NCBI GenBank assembly: GCA_000708835.1
Contig: DF237012.1
Location: 190,013 to 254,012, forward strand
DNA from: Klebsormidium nitens
Lineage: Eukaryota > Plantae > Klebsormidiophyceae
Length of the DNA stretch: 64,000 bases
Direction: 5' to 3'
The notes under the pieces are model-generated. The model ran no database searches. It saw nothing but the letters and a program-made list of their open reading frames with translations, and had not been told where the DNA came from. The stretch's first letter is position 1. Every line of letters starts with the position of its first letter. The position numbers were made by a program, and so were the translations under genes. Shown here one piece after another: positions 13,766 through 25,900 of the stretch.

Positions 13766-16221
13766 ATGGCGTATTACTGTGGCCCCTGCAACCAGCAATT
13801 CCCCTCCCAGCGAGCATATGCCGAGCACGCTGCCGCGCTCCACACACTGAGCCACAAGTGTGCTCAGTGCGGCCGACTCTTTCGCTCGGAGCAAGCGCTC
13901 TCAGAACACGTGACAGTGATCCATCCAATACAGCCCCTCTCAAGGCCCCTTCCCAAGCCGCCCGCCGCGAAACCGGCTCAGAAGCAGTTGCTTCAAAAGC
14001 CTGATGCAACGCAGCCCCTATCGAAGCCCCTCCCAACACCGCCAGCTTTAGAGCAGTTGGCCTGCCAAGACTGCACGGTTAGCTTTGTAACCCAGCAGGG
14101 TTTGCTTGACCACCGGGCCTTGATCCACCCCTCCTGCCTGGACTGCAAGCGCGCCTTTGCCTCTCAGATCGCTCTCCAGCAGCACCGTATCCATGTTCAC
14201 TCCCGATCTAGTTCCCAAGCTGCCCCAGCAGTCGTACTTCCTAAGCCCAAAAACCAACATGCCCTCCAACTGCACAGCGCGTACCTGCAGAAAGTCCGCT
14301 CTAGTTGCGGCAATGACCAGCAGGTTCAGCAGCATGCGCTTGCCAATGTCAGCAAGGGGTCCGGGGCCCCTGGTGAGCAGGGCTTTGATTGCGAGGAGTG
14401 TGAAAAGCGCTTTTTGTCCTTAGCGGCGCTTGAGCAGCATGCTAAGGATACAAAGGGCCACAAAAGGGAGTTCCAATGCCGGGTATGCGACCTTGTGTTT
14501 CTCACAAAGGCGGGCTTGGGCCAGCATTGCAATGGGGACGTGCATCGGATGCGCGTCGCTAACAACGGCGTCAAAGGGGAGTCCAGTTCAGGCATGGTTC
14601 CTGGAAAGCTCCCGAACGGTTCGCTAAGCGCCCCGAGTGTCGTCCGTTGCGACGTCTGCAACAAGGACTTTGAGACGTTGCAACGGCTTGCCCAGCATCG
14701 GAAGGATACTCCGGGACATGCACAAAGAGTAGTGCTTCAGAGTAGCGTTAGAACCCTACCCCCAAACCCGGGGTTTGGTTTAAGGAAGCCAAGTGCTGCT
14801 CAAGCGGGGGGTTTCGCCTGCCGGCCTTGTCAAAAGGAGTTCGCCTCTCAAGCTGCCCTCGACCAACATTTCAGCAACTCGACCGTGCACGCGGAAGCCG
14901 ACGACCGCTTCGCATGCGGCCCGTGCGGGGCCGTCTTTGCCTCGTCAGCAGAGCTCGAGAGGCACAAGCTGGCCTTGCCCAGTCACGTAGAGACGTTCGT
15001 ATGCAAGGAGTGCGACAAGACGTTTAAGTCGGGGCCTGCGCTCAGCCAGCACCTGAGGGACATACATAAGCAGCGTGTCCTGGTCGAATCCCACCAAAAT
15101 CCCAAGTTCGTCCCAGCTAGTAAGCAGCCCCAAGTCTATAAGCCCACCCCGTCCGATACAATGAAGAAGGTGTCTAAGATGATAGAGAAGCGGCTCGCGG
15201 AGCTTCCAGTTCAAGCTTCAATTGAGCCTTTCATTGATGAGTGGCGGCCGGGGGCCTCAAAAGTAGATGTGGGCTCTCAGTTTGATGGCAGAGCATTCGA
15301 CGGCGGGGAATCTGCTCCCAACGGGCACGATCAGAATGGTGATCTTGTGAGGGGGCCGGAAGAGGAAGCCGGAACTGATGCGCGGGTGCAAGAGGTGGAA
15401 CTTGAAGTGCAGGTGAGCAATCTTTCTTTTGATGGGGGGCGTGGCTTCCATGCAGATTCGGATGCAGGGAGTCACGTGTGGTAGGCTTATCTGCTTCCCT
15501 TGCTTAGTTGCTTCCTTTACCTGCGCTTCCCGGCTGGATTACTAATAAAAGCAGCTTGGTTTTTGTAGCTTAGACAGGAGTACGGCAGCATAGTTATTGT
15601 CAGATACACGAAATGTGCCATTCGTCCAGGTACTCAGGTTTGTTGATACACTGTGAAGTTACTGATTAGCATTGCTTGCTCTGGCGGTTTCAGATTCTGC
15701 AATCTTTCTGAGAGCGATATGGTGGCCGAGTTCAAATCTAGCTGCCAAATCTACCTCCTGCACAGGCGAAAAGCATTTTTGGAGTCCTACAGGAATGAAC
15801 GACCAGAATAACAGGAGCACAGTGCCAATGTCCTTGTTGCAACTGCAAGAAACACCAACGAAAGGCTTGGATGGCTTAAACGGATCCTTCAGAAGTTCGC
15901 AGATGGCTTCGATGGCTCAAATGAAGAATCATCCCAACTCCGCAACATCTCCAATCAATACGTCAGTACAACTGTCCTCTGCAGGCTGCTTCGGTTGCGA
16001 CAGCACAAGCAGCACCAGAAGGTGCAAGTGCTGTTGCTGGAGGCACTGTCAGGCACGAGGATGAGTGCATCATCTGCTTGGATGCGCGCAGGGATACGCT
16101 GTACCTCCCATGCGGGCACTTCTGTTTCTGCCACGAGTGCGCTGTTCATAATCAGGAGAAGGGCAACCCCTGTCCGCAGTGTCGGACACCGATTGACTTG
16201 CTGCTAAAAGTGCTCGCTTGA
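13766..16221 (+). CDS. Multi-C2H2 zinc-finger protein (10 fingers) with C-terminal RING-HC domain; putative E3 ubiquitin ligase
   Basis: Exon 1 (13766-15412) runs from ATG GCG TAT TAC to the donor CAG|GTGAGC, phase 0, and contains 10 CxxC-x12-H-x3..6-H repeats. Exon 2 (15985-16221) follows ctctgcag|, phase 0, and encodes CIICLDARRDTLYLPCGHFCFCHECAVHNQEKGNPCPQCRTPIDLLLKVLA*. Confidence 0.82.
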
Positions 16222-17235
16222 TATGACTGACATTGCAGTGTACCGAGTCTAGGTCATCTTTGAGCAGGAGAAATCGAGGATCTGTGTAAGGAAAGATTGT
16301 TGTGTTTTGATCATCCGCAGAATGAGTTACTGCGGATTCGATGATTGCAAAGAGATGAAGGCGAGCCGGAAGGCTAGATACGCTTCGGAAAGTTTCAGAC
16401 TGTGCCTACATTGAAGCCTGGATCTTACCTTCATTTACATGACCACAACCGTGTCTGCTGATGGTATACTCGAAGTTATCTAGATGTTGCCTGGGCAGAT
16501 TTATTTCACGTGGACATGTAGGACAATCGGAACAACGATGTTTCAAGCCATCATGTCGGTCATCAGAAGCACAGTGACCAACATGTACAGCTTACTTAGG
16601 CCAGATCAGACTTGAAAATGAGTCACTGCAGCATGCCGGCATGCATGCAACGTCTACCTTCCACGCGTATATGCGGTACACATCACCCGGCTCAGCCATG
16701 GCAGGAAATTGATGTGCCGATGCACCTTGAGGCTCGAATAAACGCATGCTCCAGGGGCGCAGCAGTGCATAATTTACTGACCATGCCGCGCAGCTAGCTG
16801 TTCCCCAATCATTCATTCAGTCACTTCAAAAGGTTTTGAGGCTGCCCGGCCGGGCATGGGCGCCGGATTATGATTATACGCTCATGCAGATTAATTTCGT
16901 ACTCACTGAGACGGTGGGCTCTGCGTATAAGGCCCCCAGTGACCAGCGCGGCTGATCCGACCGAGCCATGTGCATGTTTTATGTACTGCGTGGTCCGAAC
17001 GAAGGAGTCCGACTATAATGCCGCATGGCATAAGTATGGCCCAACATACGGTTTGCTCATTCTCAATCCTTCAACAGTATAATGCGGTCGAACAAATTGT
17101 GTTAGAAGTTCCAGCGCATATGCGCACATATACGCACCAGCTTGCAGCTCGTTGACGTGGAAAAGCAGGCGCACTACAGTCGAATCTTCCGTCCTAATTC
17201 CGTTTTCGGGCACCACCACAATAGCGCAAATGTAG

Positions 17236-20200
17236 CTAATGTCTGTGGTTCATATTCACCCCGGGGTTGAATGGGGGGGAGTAAAAGTCTCTGCTAGTGT
17301 TCTTGACCTCTGCGTCCGTATACGCAGTGGTCCCCCTCGCTTCGTCTTCGTTCCGGTCGCCTTCGTCCTCTTCGTCCTCAGCGTAAATGTCGTCGGGGTG
17401 CGTCACCCGGTCACCCAAAATGTGGGTCTTGAGCATGTCGACGACCTTTCCTTTGAGCTGGGGATAGGAACAGGACACGTGTCAGCACGTACGATGGCCC
17501 CAACGTGCACCAAGAGTCTGGTCAACGCTCGTTCTCTACGAAAGCAAGATTATCCTCTTTCTTTTTCTGGTCCCGCTAAGAGAGTCCGGTCGCTCAACGC
17601 GCTCCGTATTCCAACGGCCACTGGGGTTCACACCTCCACCGAGTAGCGGCTTCGACGCCGTTGGGTGCGGGCAAAACATGATGATGCTGCGAGGCAGATT
17701 GGTAAGAAAGAAAGAAACGACTAGTTGTTGCCGGCGACCACTCAGCAAAGGCACTCAAAACAACATTCAACCTCATCTTCAGCGTTGAACGCCGATATCT
17801 TCTCCATTTCTACCATAAGCAGGGGTCCACATATGGGTTGCGAACGTCACAGCTTCGGTTCCTCACGTGATCTAAGCCCTCCTCAGTTTCGATCGAACAT
17901 CGAAGCGCCCCGCTGGGCCCTCGCACTCGGTAACTTTCGACGCCGTCGTCCCCCGCTTCGTCGACACCCAATGGGAACTCCGGCAGCAAGTCCCCCTTGG
18001 ACACGACGTCGATCCAGGGCCGGTCGCCGAAGCGGCCCCGCAGCTCCTCGTACAACAGTTTCTGGAGAGGTGAAAAGATAGGCATTAGTGTAAGAAACAT
18101 ATTCCGATACCAAGATTCCCAGTGTAGCACCTCGTACACCGACCTTTGAATACGAAAGAGATACACTTCTTCAGAAGTACAAAGTATGCGCGATTTACAA
18201 CGCACAAGCAAAACCCCTTTTTGCATAAAGAGCTGGGCGGTGACAGAATCACACGCATTGATAAGAACGGCGCTTGCAAGTCCAAGGGGAGGCGTTGCCG
18301 ACAAATTTTTCATTTTTTTTCAGACCTCGTGAAGCACGTCTGAAAGGACGCTGAAACGACTTCAAACGAACAAGACCCTGAAAAGATAGCAAGCAAGCGC
18401 AAGCTGGTCCAAATATCCATAAACTACCCCCTCAGTGGTCAGTTTAACGCTCCTTACTTTCGCCTCACTAAGGCACGGTCAACCTGCACTGCCGAAGAAA
18501 ACGGGCGCTTATAAAGCAAGCAGCTAGGCAGAGCCAGCATCGACACTGCGACGATCTGCTGACGTGTACATGACGTGGCTGCTGACCTGGTCCTCGACGG
18601 AGGTGCCGCAGTCCTCCGTGAGGTCGTGGACAAAGAGGACGGCCGTGGGCAGGTGCGTCAGAGCCGCCAGGGCCAGCTTCTCGATCCGGTTCCGGTCCTC
18701 TGCGACCGGAAAAGCGGAAAGTGTCAGCGGCTTATCGTGCAGGAAAGCCGGGTGGCGACAACCAACGCGAAGGACCCAACTTCGGACCGTTCTGCGGACA
18801 GCTGCGAGGCTGGAAACACTGTTAGTAGATGAAGTTCCCTTCAGCCATCGGCATCAAGAAGTACAGTACAGGTGGTGTATCGTCCAGAAAACGTGTTGGC
18901 CGACTAAGAAGGGACTTGTTTGGTGGAACCAAGAACTTGGAGCCAATTGTCTCGTCAAAAAAGGCACCCCAATGGGAAGGAGTTGGATGCAAACGAAAAC
19001 GAGTATGAAGGAAGCGAGGAAGGAGGCGACACAAAAACTGTTTAGAAAGTGTACGTATTTTCAAAAACTTGCAAAAAGACACAAAGCGAGGGATGCCGAG
19101 CAGCGGAAGATAAGCTCACCATCCGGCCGGAAGAGCAGCCCCGGCGTGTCGGTCACCTGGTGCCGGCGTGTGTCAACGAAGAAGTGCCCCATCGAGATGC
19201 CACGTGTTGTAAACGGATAGTTGCACACTTCCGGCTTGCCAGACGATAGGACCCGTACCAGGCTCGACTTGCCCACGTTGGGGGCGCCCACTAGGCACAG
19301 CGTCGGCACCCGGGGGTCAACAACCGGGAGCCTCCTCAGAGTCTGCAGAAATGGAAGGAGCGGGAAATCTGAACTTCGGAGTCCTGAAACATTCTTTCCA
19401 CGACATTTTAGAGGACATTCTGCCCAGGGCAAACCACCGCCCTTTATTTTTGTACCAGAAGGGGAGTGCTGCTGTTCCCGAGGGGCCCCAAACCATTCTC
19501 TTGCAGCGTTCACGCCATTTGCAAGACAGTGGAGAATGATTGGTCCCGCTGGACGAATGGCTGAGACAAACGTCTTCTTCGTCTCAGGTTAACAGTGATC
19601 TTCTCGTAAAAAGTTCGCGGCCTCTGGCGAGATAATTCGAGCACCTGTGACAGCACCCGCACCAAAAAGCTGAAGGTTTAGTGCTCTCACCTTCGCGACT
19701 TCCTTCAAGTCGTCTACGCTCCGGCCCTGCTTCCGAAATATGCTTTCGAGGTGCTCAAAGCCCTGCATGGGCAAAAGGGTTCGGTTCGGAAGCGGCGGGC
19801 AAGAACCTATCGTTGCGGTTGGGTCGCATGCATGGACTACAGAAGACAACGTGGACCCCACAAGATGCAACCAAAAGCAATTCGGGCCCTAAGTAATGTC
19901 CTAAGACGAGAGGCATTCGAAGTTCGATGAACCTCAACGGCCTTACTCCAGCATGTTGCAAATGAGGTGGCCAGCATATTTTGTACCGAAACGGGTTATC
20001 AAACGGGCACGTCCACATGTAAGATGACGTCAGAACTTGAAGGCCGACCCCGACAGGTGACTGCCTGATATGGAGTTACACGTCCAGCGACTGAATCTTG
20101 CTTAAGAAAGGCCCAGATTTGGCGACCGGCCCAAACCAGCCTTAACATTAGGGCCCACACTGCAACTGGAATGATAAACTCCACAAAAATCTGGGCAATC

Positions 20201-22179
20201 GGCCAGTAAGAAACTCTAACCCACCTCTTGTCGCCTCTCGTCGGCTTCCTTCACATTTGTCGCCTTTGCACATGCCGCCGCATGCTGCTTCCCGATTTCA
20301 AGCAGTTTCTTCCGGAGAGCGTTCACACGGGCCAGCGAGGTCTCATAGGTGCCGTCCCCGAGCGTAAGCACGAGCAGGCTGCGCTCAAAGGGGTGCAGCT
20401 TCGCAGCATCGGGGAAGCGCTTGAGCCAGTGCCCGAGGGGGACAGTAAGCTCCTGCAGAGGGGTTTAGAGATTTGGATTTGACAATCTCCTCTTCTATGG
20501 CTTTCGAGATCGTATGAATCGTCCACCCTTCAAGCAACAACCAACAATGAATGCAAGAGCCGTCGACTTGGCGCTGGGATCCCTCATAAAACAGGGGGAG
20601 AAAAAGGCCGGAACGAAAGTGAACCTTTGAAGAAATGGGATGCCATTTCGTTCAAAACTGTCGTTGATGCCCAACGCACAAAGTAGGCTTGCCATTTGTC
20701 AACCAGCAGGAGGGCCAAAAATCAAGCAGACCCAGTCCAACGAACGGTGTTCGACAACTCTTTATCCACTCCCCGAACGCCTCACTTGTACAAGCAACAA
20801 GTTGTTGTGGTTTCCCTCTCACATAGATGTACCGTCAACTGAAAGTAATCATGTGGTGCACAACGCTTGATGCATTCCCAAAGTCTTCACCTTTGTCAGT
20901 GCGTCTAACTGCTTGGCGGCCTGGTTCTTGGCGCGCTTGGCGGCGTTCTGGATGCCTTTGGTTGCCTGCACCCGGTAGGCCCTCTTCAAGGCAGAGACGA
21001 CAAGCTCCTCTGCAGCGGGGACTTGGGGCAGGTGCTGAAAGACGTCGTGCTTCACCAGGCGCAGAGGCTGGAATGGAACAAGAGTGATCTTTAAATCGAG
21101 GCATTATGAGAGAACAGGAATGCGAAGGGGGCGTAGTTTTCGGGATTAAGAAGACGGGGAATGGCAGATGGGGCAGGTGCTGAAAGACGGCGTGCTTCAC
21201 TAGGCACAGCTGGACAAGAACGATATCGCTCAAGAACAACAATAATATCATGCGAAAAGGGGACTGAAGACTTGGCGAGGATTTAGAATGAGGCGATCAG
21301 GAATGGCAGCTGGGGCAGGTGCTAGCTTGACGGTGTGCTTCCTCAAGCGCTGAGGCTGGAGGCGGTCACTAGTGCAAATTATTCTGAATGGAATGAAAAA
21401 CAAAAAAGGATCCTTTGGGTGAAAGGGCGAGATAACTTCCTGCAGAGACAAGGCCTAGGAGAAGAACAACAAAGAAGAAGAAGTACAAAAACGGGCAGAG
21501 AACGTCGATCAAGGAGCTGGCCTAGTGCGACAAGGATAATGCCAGTTGCCATTCTCCGATGCAGGGGTGGTGTAAAAGAAAACGGTGTTCGCTGAAGCAG
21601 TGCATTACAATACTATAAGTACAAGAACCAACCACTGCTGCACCCATACGGCAGCATTCCAGGTGTTCAAACCCTAATGCCGAAATCAAGGAGCTTCTGG
21701 TAACGATCTTTTCATTGATAAAAGCTGCCCGCTCATCCCAATCTGAACTGTTATTTGCACACCTTTTGCTTGACTTCCAGGCCCGCTGATGCCTCCCTGC
21801 CTGAGGTGGAAGGCTCTTCTGTTGCCAAAGACGCAGCATTTCTCTTATACACGTCCAGCTTCTCGTCTGAAACTATTGTTTCCTCAAGCGCCGCCACGCC
21901 CATCGTTGTGCCATAGCTCCTGTTGCTCTTGCTACTCACAGCACTCTGCTGGCACAGTCTATTCGAAGTGGAGTGGCTGCCAAGATTGGAGAACGTGCTA
22001 TAGTTCGTCCTCAACGATATCGGAGGTTGCTTTTCTACGGACCCCCCAAAGGAAGGGCTGTTAGTTCTTGCGATGTACAAGGTGCCCGCAGAACATTCTT
22101 GTGGCTGGCACTTGCTTGCGGTCGAGGAAAGTCTGCATTTGGTCAGGTCCAGGGCAGCTGCCCTCAACGTTGCCGCCAT
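17236..22179 (-). CDS. NOG1/OBG-superfamily GTP-binding protein with N-terminal organellar transit peptide (At1g80770-like)
   Basis: Eight phase-consistent exons: 22179-21763, 21067-20891, 20452-20225, 19762-19691, 19342-19120, 18699-18587, 18061-17867, 17457-17236. Motifs: G1 GAPNVGKSS, G2 YPFTT, G3 DTPG, G4 SKGD, and the NOG1 N-terminal helical region LHPFERSLLVLTLG. The N-terminus (MAATLRAAAL...) is Ser-rich and transit-peptide-like. Confidence 0.93.
21165..21362 (-). repeat. Two decayed intronic copies of the acceptor and start of GTPase exon 2
   Basis: ggggcaggtgctgaaagacg.cgtgcttcac (true copy 21025-21070) recurs at 21170-21213 and, more degenerate, at 21313-21359. Confidence 0.8.
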
Positions 22180-22920
22180 CCTCCGGTGCTTGCACAGGAG
22201 CAGCTTTTTGAGGGTTTGTGCACACCCAAACATCAATGTTGGTGCAGGTCGATTAGATTGACGCCCAACATTGCACTGTCCTTTGCATCGTCCTTTGTTG
22301 AGGTGCGCCTATGTGGCTACAAAACCAGGCAATGATACGCAAAGCTCTAGCTAGCTAGCTGTATATGATGAAACTTGCCTCGAGATTGATTTCCGCATGT
22401 CGACATAGTGTAAATGTGCGCTTCGTAAGAAGGAATCTTTACATCGGACAGGTGCTGGTACAGCCGAGCAAAACATTTGCCGTCCGATTGGATCCACGTG
22501 AACCATGTGACCTTAGCCTCCTATCGTGGGCCTGCTCTCGTAAATTTATTCACACCTTTCAGACCAGGTGAAGTAACTTGCTTGCTGATTTGTTGAGAGC
22601 ATTCTTTGTATTCCCAACATTGCCAGTGTCGCACCTGGTGGGGTCACGCCTTTGTTGAATCCTGTGTTCCAAACAAAGTTGACGAGCGTCTTCAAGTAGC
22701 TGCTTTGGTACAGGTCCAATGCTGTAAAATTGCGACCCGTTTGTATATTTTCTTTTGAGTGGCAGATCTTGAACGTTGGGAGCTCATGTTGCTGAAGGAA
22801 CAGCTGACGTGTTGCTCATCTTAGAAGTTTTTGCAGAGTTGACCACATTTGTTCAAACACAGCGGCGGACTTCGTGCAAGCGCAAGAGAACGAGCTAGAT
22901 TATCCCAGGCACAACACGGA

Positions 22921-25900
22921 ATGGAGCCGGTCAATGACGACACCTCCGTTGTCCAGTCATCAGGGGCGTCGCTGACGTCAGCAACTCAGCGGAGGCCTTC
23001 GAAAGCAAGCGAGAAGGAGCAAGCCAAGGAGACAGGTATGTAATTCATGGATGCTTGCGATGTGGTTGGGATCTTTCATAATATTCTTTCCTTTCCATCT
23101 TCAAATATTGCTAGAGCGGGTGAGGGAGCGCACCCCACTTTGATCCCACCACCATGTGCATTCTCTGGTCGGGGCTTGTTTTATGAGTTTGAGCAACTTT
23201 GTATCAAGCGCTTCACTTTTGCCCATATCAAGGTACAGAATGTGGCTCTCGACTTAACAATTATGTCAAGTAAAGCGATCATGGCCTTAAGGAGAGGACT
23301 CCCCACTCACACAACCACCTCTTCCATCAGCTTTCTAGGTCCTAATCTGTTATAGGCGTCACCAACAGCCACTGAGGCTGTGTGGGGCAATATTGGAGGA
23401 ATGTTGGCAAACTTGTCGCCTGCTGAAACACTTTCACTTGTCTGAGCTTGCAAGACATATACAACACTGGCTGCAGAGCTTCAAATGTTGATCCAACTGG
23501 TATCGTAGCCTTTCTTAGGCAATCACAGCTCTGAGAAAAGGTTCCGGGCCTCACTGAGGTTCGCATCGGGAAGATGCTCAGACTTTCGCTGGTGCTGAGT
23601 TTAATCAGATCTTTCCACAGCAGATCCTGGTAGTGCAAAAGTTTGACGTGGACAGAAGTGTGCCGCTAGCCCCCCTTCTAATTGCAATCCAAAGAAACCC
23701 CTCCTGCTTGCAGGCAATGAAGTCGCCACTGTTGCCCCGCTGCCCCCCCACCCAGCGGTCCAAAATTCCAGACCGGATGCGCCGGTCGTCTCCACAAAAG
23801 CCATCATTGCATCCATAGTCCTGACCATTGTCATTGCCGTAAACATGAACTATGGCTGGTACCAGGACCGTTTGGCGCTGGACCGACCCCCCCTGGACAA
23901 AGACTATGCACTGTACAAGGTGAGCTTTGGCAATTCTTTGGTCGTATGGGAGGGGTTCAGCGCGGTTTTAAATTCCTGGTTGGGGGTTGAAGTTTCTCTC
24001 CTGTAGAGCTAGGTGGTTGTGGTGGTTATTAAGCAGCTTGTATGAATTGCAGGGTGAGGGACTCCTTGGATAAGTGACAGCTTTGCATGCTGTGAGAGCT
24101 GTTCCGTTGGTTTGCTGGGTAGACGCTTCGTAAGTTCTCTGGGGAGGTTATCTGCAGCCAAACAAGGCAAGGGGCTAGTTTGAGGTGGACATTTCGAGAC
24201 AAGTCCCACCCGGCCAGTCCTCATTCGAGACCCCACTGACCGGAAATCTCCTCCAAAAGCCAACCTCTACCCCCTCGGGGGCTGTCTCTGGCAGATGCTG
24301 CAGTGAATGGAGGCCGGGGGCACCTTGACCACCTTTGAACGCCAAAGCCCTCATTCCGAAGAGCTGACTGGCTCTAGCAATCAACGAAGTGCAAGTTTTG
24401 CCACGAAACGTGTCTCTCACCCGTGCTGACCTCACCCCCTGGGGCTGTCTCTGGCAGGTGCTGAAGTGAATGGAGGCCGGGGGCACCTTGACCACCTTTG
24501 AAGTCCAAAGCCCTCATTCCAAAGAGCTGGCCGGCTCTAGCAATCAACGCAATGCAACTTCTGCCACGAAACTTGATTTTCACCCGTGCTGACCTCACCC
24601 CCTGGGGCTGTTTTGTGCAGGTGCTGCAGTGGATGGAGGCCGGAGACACCTTGACCTGTCCTTTGACCTTCAAAGCCCTCATTCAAACAGCTGGCCGGCT
24701 CTAGCAATCAACGAAATGCGAGTTTTGCCACGAAACTCTTTCACTCATGCTGACCTCACCTCCCGGGGGCTAATTTGTGCAGATGCTGCAGTGGATGGAG
24801 GCTGGGGGCACCCGCGGGGCCCTTCCCCCGAGCGCAAAGATGGAGGTACTCGACGACCTGGGCGCATGCAAGTGCATTCGGGGCGTGGCCGCGACTCACG
24901 ACATCCAGATCATGGAAACCATCCTCGAGATTCCGGTAAGCCTAGGCACCCGTTGCAAGGCATGTTGACCCCTGCTGCTGGCAGGGCTTGCTTTCGCTTT
25001 CGCCTTGAACATTGTCCTTGGTGCCAAGTTCAAATTACCTTGTCGTCGTCCAGAAACACAGGCAGCCGCTTGCGCTTGAAACACTCGGACTGAGCTCGAT
25101 GGCTCGGCTTTATACAGGTAGGACACCCTCTTAAAAGCAGAGACTTATCCTACGTCACCATCCGTCCTTCTTTCCACGGTTCGACCACATCGTGTTCGAC
25201 AGCCAAGGCTGATGACCATCTCGGCACCCTTCTCATCACAGAAAGTCTCACAAATCCGCCCCAGATTTGAAGCAAGCACTAGCTTTAGTCCAAGTCCCTT
25301 CCGCACACTTCGACCAGACAAATCTTAGTTCAGAAAGCCCAGACTGAACTCAATAGGCTCGGCTTTAACCTGGCCAGGGTAAAATTACCCATCGAAAAGC
25401 ACGACTAAGATCTGTCGTAACATACCCGTTGTGCACTTCGCCGTTGGGCAGCCAACGCGAGCCCCGGCCCGCGTGCACTGTGCAGGCGCAGTCGAAGGGG
25501 TTAACAGTACAAAGGCGTCAAGATTTGCACGGCCAGGATTGTCGTCGGCATGCTGTGTTCCACAGCTTCTTACTACAGAAAGTCACGCACTTCCGTTCTC
25601 TTCCAGAAGCAAGCACTATCTCTCTTATTCTCACCTTCCGCCAGTTCGACCAGATCGTGTTCGACAGCTAGAGCAAGCTCCGCCAATGACTTTGACTCCC
25701 CAGCTTCCAATCGGACAAACAAATATTCACTTTTCTCCCTGTCAATCTTCCCTCCCCGCAGATTGACCAGATCATGCTCGACGGTCTCCATCACCGTCTT
25801 ATCCTTGCAGCTCGACCAGATTATCTTCGGCGGTCTGAGCCTTATCACCACCTTTTTTCGCAGTTCTGCCAGATCATCTTCGACAGCCAAACTGAATCAG

